A DNA stretch of 64,000 bases from Rhodospirillales bacterium (GTDB taxonomy: Bacteria; Pseudomonadota; Alphaproteobacteria; Rhodospirillales; Casp-alpha2), in contig CBFHXC010000001.1 in assembly GCA_965659695.1 (NCBI GenBank), forward strand, positions 3,845 through 67,844, written 5' to 3'. Each line of letters opens with the position of its first letter. The stretch's first letter is position 1. Both the position numbers and the translations under genes were made by a program. The notes beneath the pieces are model-generated. The model ran no database searches, had not been told where the DNA came from, and saw only the letters and a program-made list of their open reading frames with translations. Shown here piece by piece: positions 51,204 through 61,086 of the stretch.

Positions 51204-52001
51204 ATGAAAATCGGGATTGTCGGATGTGCCGGACGGATGGGTCGGATGCTGATCAAGGCCGTCGACGAGACGCCGGGCGCTGAACTCGCGGGCGGGTCTG
51301 AAATGCCGGGCAGCGAGCTTGTCGGCCAAGACCCCGCTGTATTGGCTGGGTTGCCTGCATCAGGATTATCCATTGTCGATAACGCTGCGGACTTGTTTGC
51401 GGTGAGCGATGCCGTGGTTGATTTCACAGCACCAGCCGCGACCGTCGCACACGCAAAATTGGCAGCCGAGACCAACACTGCGTTGATCCCGGGCACCACC
51501 GGATTGGACGCCACCCAACAATCTGAAATCGAAAGTGCTGCGGGCCGTGTCGCTATCGTGCAGGCGGCGAATTATTCCGTCGGCGTGAATGTGCTGCAGG
51601 TGTTGACTGAACAGGCGGCGCGCATGATGGGCGATGATTTCGATATCGAGGTTTTGGAAATGCACCACCGCCACAAAGTGGATGCGCCGTCTGGCACCGC
51701 ATTGGCATTGGGCCAAGCCGCTGCCGATGGCCGTGGTGTTGATCTCGAAAAGGTTTCTCAACGAGTACGGGATGGATTTACCGGCGAGCGCACCCGCGGC
51801 GACATCGGTTTCGCGACGTTGCGCGGTGGTATGGTCGTTGGCGATCACACGGTGATGTTTGCATCCGACGATGAGCGGATCGAATTGACGCATAAAGCAT
51901 CTGACCGTGGTTTGTTCGCCAAGGGTGCGATCCGTGCGGCGCTTTGGACCGAGGGCAAAGCACCCGGTCTTTATTCGATGCAAGATGTATTGGGGCTCTG
52001 A
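51204..52001 (+). CDS. dapB: 4-hydroxy-tetrahydrodipicolinate reductase
   Basis: GCAGRMG, GTTG, EMHHRHKVDAPSGTA. Start set at the ATG at 51204. Confidence 0.97.
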   Translation: MKIGIVGCAGRMGRMLIKAVDETPGAELAGGSEMPGSELVGQDPAVLAGLPASGLSIVDNAADLFAVSDAVVDFTAPAATVAHAKLAAETNTALIPGTTGLDATQQSEIESAAGRVAIVQAANYSVGVNVLQVLTEQAARMMGDDFDIEVLEMHHRHKVDAPSGTALALGQAAADGRGVDLEKVSQRVRDGFTGERTRGDIGFATLRGGMVVGDHTVMFASDDERIELTHKASDRGLFAKGAIRAALWTEGKAPGLYSMQDVLGL

Positions 52002-52111
52002 CCCCCCCCTCTCCTGTCCTCTCCACCATTTCATGGTGGAGAGGGATCCTGTGCAAAAGTGACTCGATATAATCCCTCTCCCCTTCTAGGGGGAGAGGAT
52101 AGGTGAGGGGG
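52002..52111 (-). repeat. Family A element, copy 4 (inverted, no insert)
   Basis: The reverse complement aligns with copy 3, including the spacer GAT.A.ATCGAGT.AC....ACAGG.TCCCTCTCC. Confidence 0.88.
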
Positions 52112-52113
52112 CT

Positions 52114-52632
52114 TTAACCCATCGCCAGATGCGGCGGTAATGTTGCGCGACGGACCTCGTGTTGCAGGACTTCGGCCAATGCCTCGCGCTCTGATTCCAT
52201 CAAAAATTTGCCGATCACCACATGGCGGCCGTGCACCCCGACGATCAATTGTTTGGATGGTTCGTCAAATCTGACTTTCAGCCATTGCGGTTTCTCGGTC
52301 CAGTAACTGCGTTTGCCCCAATGATCGACCTTGGAAAGACGAAACTCGGTATCGGTAATGGTAATGGCCTCAAACGCCGAACCTATTTTGTGATTAAACC
52401 AAATCGCAAAGATCAAACCTGCGACTTCTAATCCCATGAACCCAAAAACAGGCCAGGCCCCTGCGACCAGAAATGCGGTGCCGGTCGGGATGAACAAAAA
52501 GAACACGAACGCGGATACGATTTTGACATCGCGGTCGCTGGAACTGCGGTGCGGACGCAACACTTTGGAGAAGCGCACAGCACTCTTATCATCGTGATTG
52601 GGGGCAGGAGGTGTTTTGGTATCTGAACTCAT
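52114..52632 (-). CDS. DUF2244-family membrane protein
   Basis: LRPHRS, GAWPVFGFMGLE, IGKFL..ER; the usual divergent neighbour of nth. Confidence 0.8.
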   Translation of the reverse strand: MSSDTKTPPAPNHDDKSAVRFSKVLRPHRSSSDRDVKIVSAFVFFLFIPTGTAFLVAGAWPVFGFMGLEVAGLIFAIWFNHKIGSAFEAITITDTEFRLSKVDHWGKRSYWTEKPQWLKVRFDEPSKQLIVGVHGRHVVIGKFLMESEREALAEVLQHEVRRATLPPHLAMG

Positions 52633-52709
52633 ATGCATATTGTAATCGTTCAAAGCAGCTTCACAACAATCGGGTTTCCCCTCAACGTAATTTAAGAGAT
52701 AACAGAGCC

Positions 52710-53345
52710 ATGAAGAAAGCTGATATTCCGGCGTTTTATGCACGTTTGCGTGAAGATAATCCCGCCCCACGAACAGAATTGCATTATGTGAATTCTTATA
52801 CGCTGTTGGTCGCGGTCACGCTGTCAGCACAAGCGACCGATGTCGGGGTCAATAAAGCCACCGGCCCACTGTTTGAGCTGATCAGTACGCCCCAGGCGAT
52901 GGTGGACTTGGGTGTTGAGGGCTTGAAGGAATACATCAAGACCATCGGCCTATACAACAATAAGGCCAAAAATGTCGTGGCCCTCAGCAAAATACTGGTC
53001 GAGGAACATGACGGCGAAGTCCCCAATGACCAAGAGGCCCTAGAGGCGTTGCCCGGTGTCGGAAGAAAGACCGCAAACGTGGTTCGGAACGAGGCTTTTG
53101 GCATCCCGACCATTGCCGTCGATACGCATATTTTCAGGGTTTCCAACCGTACAGGATTGGCCCCCGGCAAAAACGTGGTCGAAGTTGAAAAGAAGCTGGT
53201 CAAGCGAACGCCTGATGAATTTGCGCTTCACGCCCATCACTGGCTGATTTTGCTCGGCCGCTATGTATGCAAGGCCCGCAAGCCAGATTGCCCAGAATGC
53301 CCGGTGATCGAATATTGCAAATTTAAGGGTAAAACGACGGTTTAA
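52710..53345 (+). CDS. nth: Endonuclease III
   Basis: LSAQATD, HhH motif LPGVGRKTANV, AVDTH, and Fe-S motif CKARKPDCPECPVIEYC. Confidence 0.97.
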   Translation: MKKADIPAFYARLREDNPAPRTELHYVNSYTLLVAVTLSAQATDVGVNKATGPLFELISTPQAMVDLGVEGLKEYIKTIGLYNNKAKNVVALSKILVEEHDGEVPNDQEALEALPGVGRKTANVVRNEAFGIPTIAVDTHIFRVSNRTGLAPGKNVVEVEKKLVKRTPDEFALHAHHWLILLGRYVCKARKPDCPECPVIEYCKFKGKTTV

Positions 53346-53363
53346 GCGCCATTTTGGCCTATT

Positions 53364-53798
53364 TTAGCCCAATTTACGCGATAATTTGTTTTTCACCACA
53401 GAGCGGATACAGCTTTCTGGGGTTGGCCCGCCCCGTGAATCGATGTGCCTGACCGCCATTTCCCTCTCGCCTGGATACAGGAATACGAAAAGCACACATT
53501 CGTCGGTGCGGTATTGCCAAATCTCTGCACCAATATCGGTTCGTACCAGGGTCGCACTGCCCAATGCTGATACCAACTTGGACGACGGCGAGCCCATGAT
53601 ATCGGCTGGTTTCGGGGCTTTGATCTCGCGTTCGATAGTTGTGGGCGCAGGCACGCGAGCGGTCTGAGTTGGCTGAGACGCGGTAGGCTGCGGTATTTCT
53701 GCTGATGGCGGCGTGGGCCCATCACTCGCTGCACAAGCCGACAAAACAAGCACGATGAAGACTAAAAAAGCGTGATTTCGCAGAGACTTAGTCGTCAC
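53364..53798 (-). CDS. Hypothetical lipoprotein
   Basis: Lipobox LSAC, Pro-rich linker, LG...R...AEIWQY...CVLFVFLY. GTG start at 53798 inferred. Confidence 0.7.
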   Translation of the reverse strand: MTTKSLRNHAFLVFIVLVLSACAASDGPTPPSAEIPQPTASQPTQTARVPAPTTIEREIKAPKPADIMGSPSSKLVSALGSATLVRTDIGAEIWQYRTDECVLFVFLYPGEREMAVRHIDSRGGPTPESCIRSVVKNKLSRKLG

Positions 53799-54405
53799 TA
53801 TCGTTGTCAGTCTCTGCTGGGCGCTCCGATGGTTCCAGCGTCTGCATATCACCAGCGATTTCACCACCTGACTCGATGACGATCCGGCCATAGCGAACGG
53901 TGCCGTTGACCCGGCCCCCGGCGCGGATAATCAGGCGTTCGCGTGCGGTCAAATCCCCTTCGAAACGACCGCTGATGTCAGCTTCTTCGACTTCGGCGTT
54001 TCCCTTAAAGAACCCGTTGGGCGAAACTTCGAGGACACGTGCGCCGGGCAGCTTGATTTCAACGTGACCCTCGACGACCAATTTGTCGCATTCGGTGATC
54101 TCGCCATTCAGCTGAATGTCTCGGCCGACAATCAGGCGCCTGCTCTCGGTTTCGCCCGAGCGAGGGCGATCCAATCGGCGTGGTGCCGATCCTGGAATAT
54201 CGGGCGCACGGCGCTGGTATTCCGGCAGGTGCGATGTTGATAACGGGGGCTTCGTCGGGGCGTGGGACCCACGACGGGAAAATGGCTTCAATGGTGGGGC
54301 AGAGCCTGTATCCGAATCAGCTGCGTCGTCGCTCATATCTTTTGCCTCCACCCCGTCGGTTGCGGGTTTAACCGCACCGTCGTCATCTTTCTTTTTACCA
54401 AACAC
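53788..54405 (-). CDS. Bactofilin (polymer-forming cytoskeletal protein)
   Basis: LIVGRDIQLNGEITECDKLVVEG...ADISGRFEGDL...GGEIAG beta-helix pattern. Confidence 0.88.
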   Translation of the reverse strand: MFGKKKDDDGAVKPATDGVEAKDMSDDAADSDTGSAPPLKPFSRRGSHAPTKPPLSTSHLPEYQRRAPDIPGSAPRRLDRPRSGETESRRLIVGRDIQLNGEITECDKLVVEGHVEIKLPGARVLEVSPNGFFKGNAEVEEADISGRFEGDLTARERLIIRAGGRVNGTVRYGRIVIESGGEIAGDMQTLEPSERPAETDNDSDD

Positions 54406-54465
54406 CTACCTGCTCCCCAGATATGCCAAGGACTGTCTCAGCGCCGAATCCGACACCTCAATACT

Positions 54466-55152
54466 TTAACCTGTTACGGGGGTGCGCGCCATGCCCTCTG
54501 GCCGCCAGCCGTGAAACAAATGCACCATGGCGGCGGTGGCGACTACCGGCATTAACAGGTTCACTATGGGAATGGTCAACAAGAACGCAATCGCCACGCC
54601 CATCATGATGATCGTCCCTTGATGTTGCTTTCGCAGGCTTGTCGCGTCTGCAATTGATACCCGGCGGACGGCGACCATTTCGAAGTATTCGCGCCCGATC
54701 AAATAGCCGTTCACAGCATAAAACACGACGGGGTAGACGGGCCCAAAGAACAAGAAGGGCAACAATAAAATGTTCAGCCCGATCAACATCCCAAAGAATT
54801 TGGCTGTGGTCACAATCGCCTCGCTAATCGGTTGACCATCAGCTTTCGGCAGCGTCGGGTAGTGCCTGTTCTCAACGCACTCCGCAACTTGATCCAAAAA
54901 GAATCCGATCACGGCACTCACGGTTGCAGGGAACAAGACCCAGGTCAAAACGGCCGTCGCTAGACCCCCTAAAATATCAATGATGCTCTCAAGCCAACCT
55001 ATGCTAGAAATCGCTGTTTCGCTGAGGAGCCAAGCGATAAAAGTCCACAAAGTGAAAAACGTAATCACCGCCGCGCCGACAGAGAACCACAAATACTTAC
55101 GTGTGGCTTTATCGTTTAGTTGGCCAATACCTTGAGAAAGCGCTTTTAACAT
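54466..55152 (-). CDS. CysZ/EI24-domain membrane protein
   Basis: FLDQVAECVE..HYP, NGYLIGREYFEMVA, IPIVNLLMP. Confidence 0.8.
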   Translation of the reverse strand: MLKALSQGIGQLNDKATRKYLWFSVGAAVITFFTLWTFIAWLLSETAISSIGWLESIIDILGGLATAVLTWVLFPATVSAVIGFFLDQVAECVENRHYPTLPKADGQPISEAIVTTAKFFGMLIGLNILLLPFLFFGPVYPVVFYAVNGYLIGREYFEMVAVRRVSIADATSLRKQHQGTIIMMGVAIAFLLTIPIVNLLMPVVATAAMVHLFHGWRPEGMARTPVTG

Positions 55153-55415
55153 TTTGATTTTACACCATTTTATTCAATAGAAAGTCGATTGAAATTGAAT
55201 TTGCTTTTGTTTCAACCGGCTACAGGCATCTGCTTAAATTAACACTTTAATGATCATGAAAAATACATTGTGAACAATTCATTAACCATACATCTTCACA
55301 AGACACGTAAGTCTAATGCTATATTCATTAGAGAGATACGTTCGCTATGCTTGCTCCGCAATACCATATCGCTATACTCCGCGCGCTTCCAGCGTCTCCT
55401 GACAAGGGTTAAGAA

Positions 55416-56408
55416 ATGAGTGAACCGACCATCGATGTACTTGGGATCGGCAATGCAATCGTCGATATCTTGGCACAGACCAACGATTCGTTCTTGGTGG
55501 ATAATGATCTGCAAAAGGGCGCGATGACGCTTGTCAGTTTTGAAGAGCAAATGGAGCTGTATGAGAAAACCGGCCAAGCGGTCGAGAGTTCTGGCGGTTC
55601 CGCGGCAAACACCTTGGCAGGCGTCGCTGCGCTGGGTGGCAAAGCGGCCTTTGCCGGAAAGGTCAAAGCGGATCAACTGGGTATTGTCTTTGCCCATGAT
55701 ATTCGTGGTGCGGGTGTCACATTCGAGACCGAGCGCGCTAAAGACGGTGCGCCGACAGCCACTTGCCTAGTATTGATCACCCCTGACGGTCAGCGCACCA
55801 TGCAAACGTATTTGGGCGCATGTGTCGAATTCGGACCAAAGCATTTGGACTTAGCGCAGGTGCGCGATGCCAAAGTCACTTATCTTGAAGGATATCTTTG
55901 GGACCCGGCCCCCGCCCGAGAAGCATTTTTCCACGCCGCAGGCGAAGCCCACGACGCAGGGCGTAAAATTGCGCTGACGTTGTCCGACCCATTCTGCGTC
56001 GACCGGCATCGCGATGGTTTTCGCTCATTCATCAAAGATCACGTGGATATCGTTTTCGCCAACGAAGAAGAGATTAAATCTTTGTTTGAAGTCGATGATT
56101 TCTACGTGGCCGCTGACAAAATCCAGGGCATGGCCGAAATCGTCGCCCTGACACGGTCGGAAAAAGGCTCCGTCATCGTGACGCCGGACGAAATGATTAC
56201 TGTCCCGACCAAGCCCACCGACAAACTGGTTGATACCACAGGTGCCGGGGATGCCTATGCAGCAGGATTTTTGGCCGCATACACATCGGGCAAGAATTTG
56301 AAACAGGCGGCGACACTCGGCAGTTTGCTCGCAGCACTTATCATTCAGCAAATTGGTGCACGGCCATCAGCGGGTGTGCAACATTTGATTAAGGCGCTCG
56401 ACGGCTAA
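55416..56408 (+). CDS. PfkB-family carbohydrate/adenosine kinase
   Basis: GIGNAIVD, GGSAANT, RTMQTYLGA, DTTGAGDAYAAGF. Confidence 0.9.
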   Translation: MSEPTIDVLGIGNAIVDILAQTNDSFLVDNDLQKGAMTLVSFEEQMELYEKTGQAVESSGGSAANTLAGVAALGGKAAFAGKVKADQLGIVFAHDIRGAGVTFETERAKDGAPTATCLVLITPDGQRTMQTYLGACVEFGPKHLDLAQVRDAKVTYLEGYLWDPAPAREAFFHAAGEAHDAGRKIALTLSDPFCVDRHRDGFRSFIKDHVDIVFANEEEIKSLFEVDDFYVAADKIQGMAEIVALTRSEKGSVIVTPDEMITVPTKPTDKLVDTTGAGDAYAAGFLAAYTSGKNLKQAATLGSLLAALIIQQIGARPSAGVQHLIKALDG

Positions 56409-56437
56409 TCCGATCGGGCCCCACTAGGAATACAAAA

Positions 56438-58261
56438 ATGCAGTTACGTAACATCGCGATCATCGCGCACGTCGATCATGGGAAGACCACATTGGTTGAT
56501 GCCCTGCTTCAACAAAGTGGTGCTTTTCATGCCCACCAGAAAGTCGCCGAGCGGGTCATGGACTCAGGTGAACTTGAGAAAGAGCGTGGCATCACGATCT
56601 TGGCCAAGTGCACATCCGTCGAATGGAACGATCATCGCATCAACATCGTCGATACCCCTGGCCACGCCGATTTCGGTGGCGAAGTAGAGCGGATCTTGTC
56701 GATGGTCGATGGCGTGGTGTTGCTGGTCGATGCGTCCGAAGGCCCGATGCCACAAACCAAATTCGTGACGTCCAAGGCACTGAAACTTGGCCTGCGCCCC
56801 ATTGTTGTTGTCAACAAAGTCGACAAGCCCGACGCGCGCCCGTTTGAAGTCCAAGACGAAGTATTTGATCTATTTGCGGCGTTGGATGCCGACGACGAGC
56901 AGTTGGATTTCCCAACGTTGTTCGCGTCCGGTCGCGACGGTTGGGCCAGCCCTGACCCAGAAGCCGGCTCCGGCGATCTGAAACCGTTGTTGGAATGCAT
57001 CGTAGAACGCGTCCCCTCGCCCGATGTTGACGAGGCCGGTGATTTTCAGATGTTGGTCACGACACTCGAAGCTGATCCATTTTTGGGCCGCATTCTGACA
57101 GGTCGCGTTTTGTCCGGTTCAGTAAAGCAAAATCAAACAATCAAAGCATTAAGCCGCGATGGTAAAACCATCGAAAGCGGGCGCGTGCAGAAAATCTTGG
57201 CGTTCCGTGATGTGAAACGCGTCCCCATCGATCAGGGTGAAGCCGGAGACATCATCGCGATTTCAGGTCTGAGCAAAGCAACCGTGGCGGATACGCTGTG
57301 TGCGCCAGAAGTGTCGGAACCTTTACAATCGCAGCCCATTGATCCGCCGACCCTGGCCGTGATGTTCATGATCAATTCGTCACCTTATGCCGGACAAGAC
57401 GGCGGGAAGGTAACATCGCGGGTTATCCGTGATCGCTTGATGCGCGAAGCAGAGGGTAATGTTGCTATCCGCATTTCGGAAACTGAAAACAAAGAAGCGT
57501 TTGATGTGGCCGGTCGCGGTGAATTGCAATTGGGTGTTTTGATCGAACAGATGCGCCGCGAAGGGTTCGAGCTCTCGATCTCGCGCCCGCGGGTTCTGTT
57601 CAAGACGGACCCCGAAAGTGGTCAACAAATGGAACCGGTCGAAGATGTCACCATTGATGTCGATGAAGAATATTCCGGCGTCGTTGTTGAGGCTCTGAAT
57701 ATGCGCAAAGGTCGAATGACCGATATGCGCCAAACCGGTGGCGGAAAAACGCGGATATCCTATGTTGTGCCGTCGCGTGGTCTGATCGGGTATCACGGTG
57801 AATTCATGACTGAAACCCGTGGCACGGGCGTTTTGAACCGAATCTTTCATGGCTATGCGCCATATGCTGGGCCTGTGCCTGGACGCCGCAACGGTGTGTT
57901 GATTTCTAATGCGACCGGTAAAACAAACTCCTACGCGCTTGTCAGCCTAGAGGAACGTGGCGAGTTGTTCGTCGGTCATAACGTCCCGGTATACGAAGGA
58001 ATGATCATCGGCGAAAACAGCCGCGAAAATGATCTTGAAGTGAACCCGATGAAATCGAAGCAGCTGACCAACTTCCGGGCATCGGGTACGGATGAAACTG
58101 TCCGCCTGACGCCGCCGCGTCAGCGCAATCTAGAAGAAGCCATCGCCTACATCGACGATGATGAGTTGCTAGAAGTCACACCCAATACGCTTCGTTTGCG
58201 TAAGAAGTTGTTAGACCCGCACGAACGTAAAAAAGAAATGCGTGCCCGAAGCGCTGGTTGA
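56438..58261 (+). CDS. typA: Translational GTPase TypA/BipA
   Basis: AHVDHGKTT, RGITILAK, DTPGHADFGGEVER, GRGELQL. Confidence 0.98.
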   Translation: MQLRNIAIIAHVDHGKTTLVDALLQQSGAFHAHQKVAERVMDSGELEKERGITILAKCTSVEWNDHRINIVDTPGHADFGGEVERILSMVDGVVLLVDASEGPMPQTKFVTSKALKLGLRPIVVVNKVDKPDARPFEVQDEVFDLFAALDADDEQLDFPTLFASGRDGWASPDPEAGSGDLKPLLECIVERVPSPDVDEAGDFQMLVTTLEADPFLGRILTGRVLSGSVKQNQTIKALSRDGKTIESGRVQKILAFRDVKRVPIDQGEAGDIIAISGLSKATVADTLCAPEVSEPLQSQPIDPPTLAVMFMINSSPYAGQDGGKVTSRVIRDRLMREAEGNVAIRISETENKEAFDVAGRGELQLGVLIEQMRREGFELSISRPRVLFKTDPESGQQMEPVEDVTIDVDEEYSGVVVEALNMRKGRMTDMRQTGGGKTRISYVVPSRGLIGYHGEFMTETRGTGVLNRIFHGYAPYAGPVPGRRNGVLISNATGKTNSYALVSLEERGELFVGHNVPVYEGMIIGENSRENDLEVNPMKSKQLTNFRASGTDETVRLTPPRQRNLEEAIAYIDDDELLEVTPNTLRLRKKLLDPHERKKEMRARSAG

Positions 58262-58292
58262 GCGACCCCGCCACCGAGACTAAGCTATTCAG

Positions 58293-59534
58293 ATGGATTC
58301 GGGGACCATGGAAACATCCGCAGAGGGGAGTAACAATCAGGCATCAAAGTCTGGGCGTGTGGCTGTTCATGCATCTCGATTTTGGCGCTTATTTCCCGCC
58401 GGCATGCGCCGTCGTTGGTGGTTGTTCCGACCCCTCGACTTGATGGCCAAACACTGGCCGGTCTTCAAAAAGCCCAGTGGTGTGCTTGTCGTTCGTATGG
58501 ATGGCATTGGCGATATGGTGCTGTTTCGGTCCAGCTTGGACCACTATGCTGATGCCTTGGGCATCGCCAAAGATGAAATTACGGTGCTTGGTTGCGATAG
58601 TTGGGGTCCCATCACCGATATCGTTTTTGGTGATTACAATGTTGTGACCATCGAAGAACATGCCTACGCGCGTCGTCCACTGTATCGGTTCCGCATCAAT
58701 CTTATGGTGCGTCGCCTTGCGCCAAAAATGACGGTCTGTGACTCTTACCTGCGGCGCGCGATGATGGCGGATAGCTTGGTCTGGGTTTCGAGTGCGGAAA
58801 AGACCATCACGTCAATGCCCTACGTGAACGAGCCAACGCGGTCCGAATTCACGTTTTACTTGAGTCAGTATGATGAAGTGATAGATACCGGCTCTTACCC
58901 GACGCACGAAATCGACCGGCACTTCACTTTCGTTTCTCGCCTGGCTGAGAAGACCATTCAGCCTACCCCACCGCAAATAGAATGGAACCAGCCCGCACCC
59001 GATTTCGCCAAGGATGGCCCCTATGTTTTGATGAACCCGGGAAGTAATGAGCCTGGTCGTCGCTGGCCCTTTGATTCGTATGTTGAAGCAGCCGAAAAAT
59101 TTTTGGCCGAGGGATATCGCGTTGCGTTCGTGGGCACACGTGATGAAAGGTGGGATGCCGCTTTGCTACGCAAGGCCTCTAAGAAATCGGGTATTACCGA
59201 TCTTACGGGACAAACCACGCTTCCAGAATTGTTGACGTTGATGAAGCATGCAGCCCTTGTAATCAGTAACGATACCGGTCCTGCGCATTTGTCGATTGCC
59301 TTAGGGGCCCCTACCATTGTTGTTGTGGGTGGCGGCCATTTCACCAGCTTTGTGCCGTATCCTGAACATGTGCGCCCAACCAATGCGCGCTTTGTTTACG
59401 AGATCATGGATTGTTATCACTGCTTTTGGCGGTGTCACAAACGAGCGAACAAGTTCGAAGTGTTTCCCTGTGTGGCGGCAATACCCGTCGATAAGGTTTT
59501 GGAACAGAGTCAAAGCCTACTGGGTGATCGATAG
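58293..59534 (+). CDS. Glycosyltransferase family 9
   Basis: DGIGD, RRWP, DLTGQTTL, SNDTGPAH, and a C-terminal CxxCxxxC...C motif. Confidence 0.85.
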   Translation: MDSGTMETSAEGSNNQASKSGRVAVHASRFWRLFPAGMRRRWWLFRPLDLMAKHWPVFKKPSGVLVVRMDGIGDMVLFRSSLDHYADALGIAKDEITVLGCDSWGPITDIVFGDYNVVTIEEHAYARRPLYRFRINLMVRRLAPKMTVCDSYLRRAMMADSLVWVSSAEKTITSMPYVNEPTRSEFTFYLSQYDEVIDTGSYPTHEIDRHFTFVSRLAEKTIQPTPPQIEWNQPAPDFAKDGPYVLMNPGSNEPGRRWPFDSYVEAAEKFLAEGYRVAFVGTRDERWDAALLRKASKKSGITDLTGQTTLPELLTLMKHAALVISNDTGPAHLSIALGAPTIVVVGGGHFTSFVPYPEHVRPTNARFVYEIMDCYHCFWRCHKRANKFEVFPCVAAIPVDKVLEQSQSLLGDR

Positions 59535-59548
59535 ACCTGCCCCCGATA

Positions 59549-59586
59549 GTCATTCGTCATGCTGAACTCGACTCAGCTCAGCATTT
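59549..59586. repeat. Degenerate family B half-element
   Basis: CGTCATGCTGAACTCGACTCAGCTCAGCAT between converging genes. Confidence 0.55.
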
Positions 59587-59601
59587 CATCGCGACAAAAA
59601 C

Positions 59602-59970
59602 TCAATCCCGTGGCTTGCTAAGCATCCGACCAATCGGGCGACCACCCACCACATGAACGTGTAGATGCGGGACTTCCTGGTGGCCATTTTCACCGATGTT
59701 GGAAATGATCCGATAGCCGTCTTCAGCGACGCCTTTCATGCGCGCCACGGTACCAATGCCACGGACAAACCCGGCGATTTCAGCGTCCGATGCATTGGCA
59801 TGAAAATCATCCAGACTGACATAGGGACCTTTTGGGATCACCAATGTGTGGACCGGGGCCTGCGGTGCGATATCGTTGAACGCCAGACAGTGATCATCCT
59901 CGAACACTTTGTCGCAGGGAATTTCACCGCGAAGGATTTTGGCAAAAATGTTTTGGTCGTCGTAGCTCAT
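59602..59970 (-). CDS. HIT-family nucleotide-binding protein
   Basis: NIFAKILRGEIP and histidine triad QEVPHLHVH. Confidence 0.93.
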   Translation of the reverse strand: MSYDDQNIFAKILRGEIPCDKVFEDDHCLAFNDIAPQAPVHTLVIPKGPYVSLDDFHANASDAEIAGFVRGIGTVARMKGVAEDGYRIISNIGENGHQEVPHLHVHVVGGRPIGRMLSKPRD

Positions 59971-59982
59971 ATCCTCGGCCTC

Positions 59983-60318
59983 TTATTTATCTGTCCGGCT
60001 GTTCTTTTCGTCGATACCGGAAATACCCTCGCGTTTCGCCAACTCGGCATAGACGTCTTCGGGTTTCACATCCATCACGGCCCACATGACCATCAGGTGA
60101 TATAACAAGTCCGCACTTTCAGCCATGACCGCATCTTTTCCTTCGGAAAGCGCGGCGATAGTGACTTCAGCGGCCTCTTCAGACAGTTTCTTTCCAATCT
60201 TGGGCGCACCGCCCGATAGCAGTTTCGCGGTATACGATGACGACGCGTCGGCACCACGACGGCTTTCGATCACCTCGAACAGTCGCGTCAATATTTCCAC
60301 ATTAATTTGATCAGACAT
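59983..60318 (-). CDS. hisE: Phosphoribosyl-ATP diphosphatase
   Basis: SYTAKLL, KKLSEEAAE, ESADLLYHL. Confidence 0.95.
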   Translation of the reverse strand: MSDQINVEILTRLFEVIESRRGADASSSYTAKLLSGGAPKIGKKLSEEAAEVTIAALSEGKDAVMAESADLLYHLMVMWAVMDVKPEDVYAELAKREGISGIDEKNSRTDK

Positions 60319-60321
60319 AAT

Positions 60322-61086
60322 TCATGTATCCCGAATCGCGACGCCTGCATTGCGCATGTGTTCTTTGGCCTGGTGGATCGTATAGGTCCCGAAATGAAAA
60401 ATCGAGGCTGCGAGGACAGCGGACGCGTGACCCTCGGTGACACCTTCGACCAGATGATCCAGTTCGCCGACACCACCCGATGCGATCACGGGAATACCGA
60501 CGGCATCCGCGACCGCGCGCGTCAGCGGCAGGTTAAAGCCAACTTTGGTCCCATCCCGGTCCATGGATGTCAGCAGGATTTCACCCGCACCCAGCTCTTC
60601 CATTTTCTGGCCCCACTTAACGGCATCGATGCCCGTTTCTTTGCGACCGCCGTGGGTGAAAATCTCGAACGTATCTGGCCCTGTCGCCTTGGCATCAATC
60701 GCGACGACGATACATTGCGTGCCAAATTTCTCGGCGGCTTCGCGAACAAACTCTGGATTGTGCACGGCCGCCGTGTTGATCGACACCTTGTCCGCGCCCG
60801 CCAACAAAAGTTTGCGAATGTCCTCAGTGGTGCGTACCCCACCCCCGACAGTCAGCGGCATGAAGCACTGTTCTGCCGTACGCACGACCACATCAAAAAT
60901 CGTTTCGCGGTTTTCATGACTGGCCGTGATGTCCAAAAAGCAAAGCTCGTCCGCCCCCGCCGCATCATAGACACGGGCCTGTTCGACCGGGTCACCGGCG
61001 TCGACCAAATCAACAAAGTTCACGCCTTTGACGACGCGGCCATTGTCGACGTCCAGGCACGGAATGATGCGAACCTTGAGGCTCAT
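60322..61086 (-). CDS. hisF: Imidazole glycerol phosphate synthase, cyclase subunit
   Basis: [24 protein letters not shown]. Start set at the ATG at 61086. Confidence 0.97.
   Translation of the reverse strand: MSLKVRIIPCLDVDNGRVVKGVNFVDLVDAGDPVEQARVYDAAGADELCFLDITASHENRETIFDVVVRTAEQCFMPLTVGGGVRTTEDIRKLLLAGADKVSINTAAVHNPEFVREAAEKFGTQCIVVAIDAKATGPDTFEIFTHGGRKETGIDAVKWGQKMEELGAGEILLTSMDRDGTKVGFNLPLTRAVADAVGIPVIASGGVGELDHLVEGVTEGHASAVLAASIFHFGTYTIHQAKEHMRNAGVAIRDT

Noticed and set aside
55153-55415. AT-rich intergenic region with several TTAA motifs (possible CtrA box or sRNA)
   Set aside because: No exact TTAA-N7-TTAA spacing, only a TTAACCAT half-site, and no terminator. It is consistent with an ordinary divergent promoter.
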